A DNA stretch of 64,000 nt, taken from Candidatus Poribacteria bacterium (lineage in GTDB: Bacteria; Poribacteria; WGA-4E; WGA-3G). Below the pieces are notes generated by a model, which was not told the DNA's origin, ran no database searches, and saw nothing but the letters and a program-made list of their open reading frames with translations. Numbering within the stretch: position 1 is the first letter of the stretch; every line of letters starts with the position of its first letter. Shown here one piece after another: positions 61,842 to 64,000 of this stretch. Made by a program: the position numbers and the translations under genes. The stretch covers positions 356,089 to 420,088 of the forward strand of contig CBDBFU010000002.1 in the NCBI GenBank assembly GCA_965205025.1, given 5' to 3'.

Positions 61842-63461
61842 CTAAACAGCAGAGGGTTGTTCTTGGAGCACAGGAATCACATAACTCCGAATCGCCACAC
61901 CGTCAATCGTTTCTGTCTCTACCTGCGGATCTGGTTCTCTCCGATGATCAAAGACGATATAATATCCTTCCGGACTGCCCTCTAACTTAAGATATGCAGC
62001 GAGCTGCTGCTTGCCTGCGCGATAGCGGTGCGGGCCTTCCCAAATCTTTGTCTCAACGATGTACTTTCGCTGTTTAAAAGTGATAAGCAGATCCATCCTG
62101 CCTCGCCCGGTGGGTACCTCAAGGAACATTGCCCCACCTATAGTCCGCACAAATTGGTCGAGATAGGCAGAGAGGAGATATTGCCCAATAAACTCTTGTG
62201 GGGTTTCTGGCACCTGAAGAATCTTGTACCCCGCGCGCGCAATAAAATCCTTGAAGTTATCAAGAAGGCATGTCATCGCAATCTGTTCATCAGGGGTGAG
62301 ATAATCCGAAAGGTCTGGACTGCTATTCTCAGGGAAGTATTCGTTTTCCATTCCGTTAATCAGCGGTTGGAATATTTGGATGATACACTGCTGATAAATA
62401 GGATTAACAATCTCACACATACCATCAGTGCCCTCGGCAATGACCCCATAAGTAGCGAGTTCACTAATGCGGTCATCGTAGAGAATAAAAGGCACTCCTT
62501 TGTCGTAAGAGGCGATTCGCATGAGGAGGGTCTCAAACCGTCTGTCTCTACGGATGTTTGTTACCAGATGTGTAAAGTTAGTGTTCCGTTCCCTAATGAG
62601 TTGCGAGTGTGCTTTTGAAAAATGCGTTATGGTAATCGGCTCGGTCTTTGAAATGTCCAACTCCACTGTGAGTATTTGTGCAAACCGATTGACGAGGAAC
62701 GGTTGTCCGGAGGTCTGTTTATGAATGGATTCAATGACCTCTGGGGTGAAGGCTTGTCCGACTTCGTCAGTGTATTGTTGAAGGAGTTCTTGTACCTGTT
62801 CAAGCGTGAAGTTCGGCAATTTGAACTCATCTTGTATATTGAACGGCGAAACAGACCTATCGTAATCAAGCTGCGCGATGCTCTTGACACCGACGATGCC
62901 GACACTATAAGGACAGTGCATCTCATCAGAGAGATAAATCTGGCGGAGTGTATACAAGAAATCGCTTACCACAGTTTGTGGAATGCCATCAAACTCATCT
63001 ATCAGAAGCACAACCCTCTTGAAAGAAGGGACATCTCTGTGAGCATCGCTGTCCAGAAAATCTGCAAGCTGTTGAAAAAACATCATCATTGAAAAATCAT
63101 CGTTTAATGTCGTATTCTCCAGGAAGCGCGTTAATGCCTCAGAAGGGACACCACCCCGTTTTTGAAAAACGCTCTCAATTTGCATGCGAATTAGACGGTA
63201 GAACCGTTCATAAAAGACAGCAGGCTCGGCACTCCGCATCATTTGAAAATCCAACTGGATCGGAAAATAGGTTGGCTCTTTTGCGGTGAGGGCGTCAAGT
63301 GCGAACCGAAAAAAAGTAGTCTTGCCAGTTTGGCGGGGGGCGAAAAGCACAACGTACTTGCCTTCTTTAATACGATTGATGAAATCGGTGATCTCTGCTG
63401 TACGTGATACAATATAATTAGTATCAGGAGACACACGCCCTTGGGTGCCAAAACTTCTCAT
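61842..63461 (-). CDS. AAA-like ATPase with C-terminal PD-(D/E)XK nuclease-like domain
   Basis: Walker A APRQTGKTT, Walker B LLIDEFD, SPFNI; tail EVPTGRGRMDL..IVETK..Q...Y. Confidence 0.85.
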   Translation of the reverse strand: MRSFGTQGRVSPDTNYIVSRTAEITDFINRIKEGKYVVLFAPRQTGKTTFFRFALDALTAKEPTYFPIQLDFQMMRSAEPAVFYERFYRLIRMQIESVFQKRGGVPSEALTRFLENTTLNDDFSMMMFFQQLADFLDSDAHRDVPSFKRVVLLIDEFDGIPQTVVSDFLYTLRQIYLSDEMHCPYSVGIVGVKSIAQLDYDRSVSPFNIQDEFKLPNFTLEQVQELLQQYTDEVGQAFTPEVIESIHKQTSGQPFLVNRFAQILTVELDISKTEPITITHFSKAHSQLIRERNTNFTHLVTNIRRDRRFETLLMRIASYDKGVPFILYDDRISELATYGVIAEGTDGMCEIVNPIYQQCIIQIFQPLINGMENEYFPENSSPDLSDYLTPDEQIAMTCLLDNFKDFIARAGYKILQVPETPQEFIGQYLLSAYLDQFVRTIGGAMFLEVPTGRGRMDLLITFKQRKYIVETKIWEGPHRYRAGKQQLAAYLKLEGSPEGYYIVFDHRREPDPQVETETIDGVAIRSYVIPVLQEQPSAV

Positions 63462-63527
63462 TTCTTTCCTCTAATCGTTAACATTTCCAATACTTTATAG
63501 TAGAATCCATAATTATTTGGACATGGC

Positions 63528-63587
63528 GGTAGGTTCGGTTTCCCGGGGAATGCCATACGGCATTCATACCGTTGATTCACCGAACCT
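63528..63587. repeat. GTAG-REP hairpin interrupted by a family C palindrome
   Basis: GTAGGTTCGGTTTCC-[CGGGGAATGCC-ATAC-GGCATTCATACCGTTGATT]-CACCGAACC. Confidence 0.65.
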
Positions 63588-63605
63588 GTGTTCATCGTGC
63601 GGTTA

Positions 63606-63720
63606 ATGAAGATTAACTAAATATTTCGGTAATTCTAATTTTCCCAAACCCGGTAGGTGCGGTTTCCTAACCGCACTGGATCTTTCTCCAAAATTACCGA
63701 ATTTAAAAATTAATCTTCAT
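63606..63720. mobile_element. MITE family B (115 bp) inserted in the loop of a GTAG-REP hairpin
   Basis: GTGCGGTTA-[ATGAAGATTAAC...TTAATCTTCAT]-GAAACCGCACCTAC; near-identical to 55419-55533. Confidence 0.8.
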
Positions 63721-63811
63721 GAAACCGCACCTACAAGGTAAGTGTAAACATATTTTGGAATTTCACTATAATATGTGCTTTTCACATCTGTTTTCTTTGT
63801 TCATGGTAAAT

Positions 63812-64000
63812 CTAAAGCCCTTCATAAATGATGTTGATAACAAGTTTCCCAACAACTTCCAAACTCTTTGGACTACATTTATCTACAGTGTCTTCAAGTG
63901 TATGCCAATGCGGATAATCGAAATCAATGATATTTACCATCGGTATGCCAGCTTTAATTAATGGTACATGATCATCCATTATGGCATATCCTAATTTGTG
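63812..64000 (-). CDS. C-terminal end of an M28-family peptidase / glutaminyl-cyclase-like protein (not in the ORF track)
   Basis: Manual translation: HKLGYAIMDDHVPLIKAGIPMVNIIDFDYPHWHTLEDTVDKCSPKSLEVVGKLVINIIYEGL-stop (DDH.P and WHT..D motifs). Confidence 0.8.
   Translation of the reverse strand, partial: HKLGYAIMDDHVPLIKAGIPMVNIIDFDYPHWHTLEDTVDKCSPKSLEVVGKLVINIIYEGL

Noticed and set aside
58555-63735. Replication origin near mnmG/rsmG
   Set aside because: No cluster of DnaA boxes or dnaA/parAB genes was noticed in the neighbouring intergenic DNA.
63719-63961. 80-aa plus-strand ORF
   Set aside because: It starts within a MITE/REP junction and lies antisense to the M28 peptidase C-terminus.
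1-64000. tRNA, rRNA, integron or prophage
   Set aside because: No cloverleaf or rRNA-like segment, integrase, attC-like array or phage genes were recognised by eye; a covariance-model scan was not possible.

Overview
AT-rich (roughly 40% GC by eye) bacterial window. The protein families suggest Candidatus Poribacteria (inference from WD40, TolB/PD40, LamG and cohesin repeat proteins and a C-terminal VxP..(K)L.T.WGxxK motif). Bases 1-44250 (+ strand) are an accessory array with nine ECF sigma-70 genes, plus the C-terminal tail of a probable tenth. Each encodes one polypeptide: sigma2-sigma4, one transmembrane helix, a conserved juxtamembrane motif and an interchangeable extracytoplasmic module (WD40 propellers, BNR/Asp-box propellers or a LolA/RseB-like domain). 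Each gene has its own ECF-type promoter, and its -35 hexamer co-varies with the sigma4 recognition helix of that same gene. Several genes are clear mosaics of their neighbours' modules. Five carry a perfect internal Shine-Dalgarno plus ATG right after sigma4. Together this looks like a recombining library of autoregulated, largely orthogonal one-component receptors. Interspersed are three tandem TolB-like proteins, deletion relics, a trypsin-TPR protein, an IS630 element and nested MITE/REP palindromes. Bases 44371-64000 (- strand) hold mostly core genes: a large probable outer-membrane protein, NHL protein, lipoprotein, ROK kinase, galK, a degenerate AccD homolog, an Rsb-type partner-switching module with a histidine kinase, rsmG, mnmG, an AAA-PD-(D/E)XK protein and a partial M28 peptidase. 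All calls come from reading the sequence; no database searches were run.
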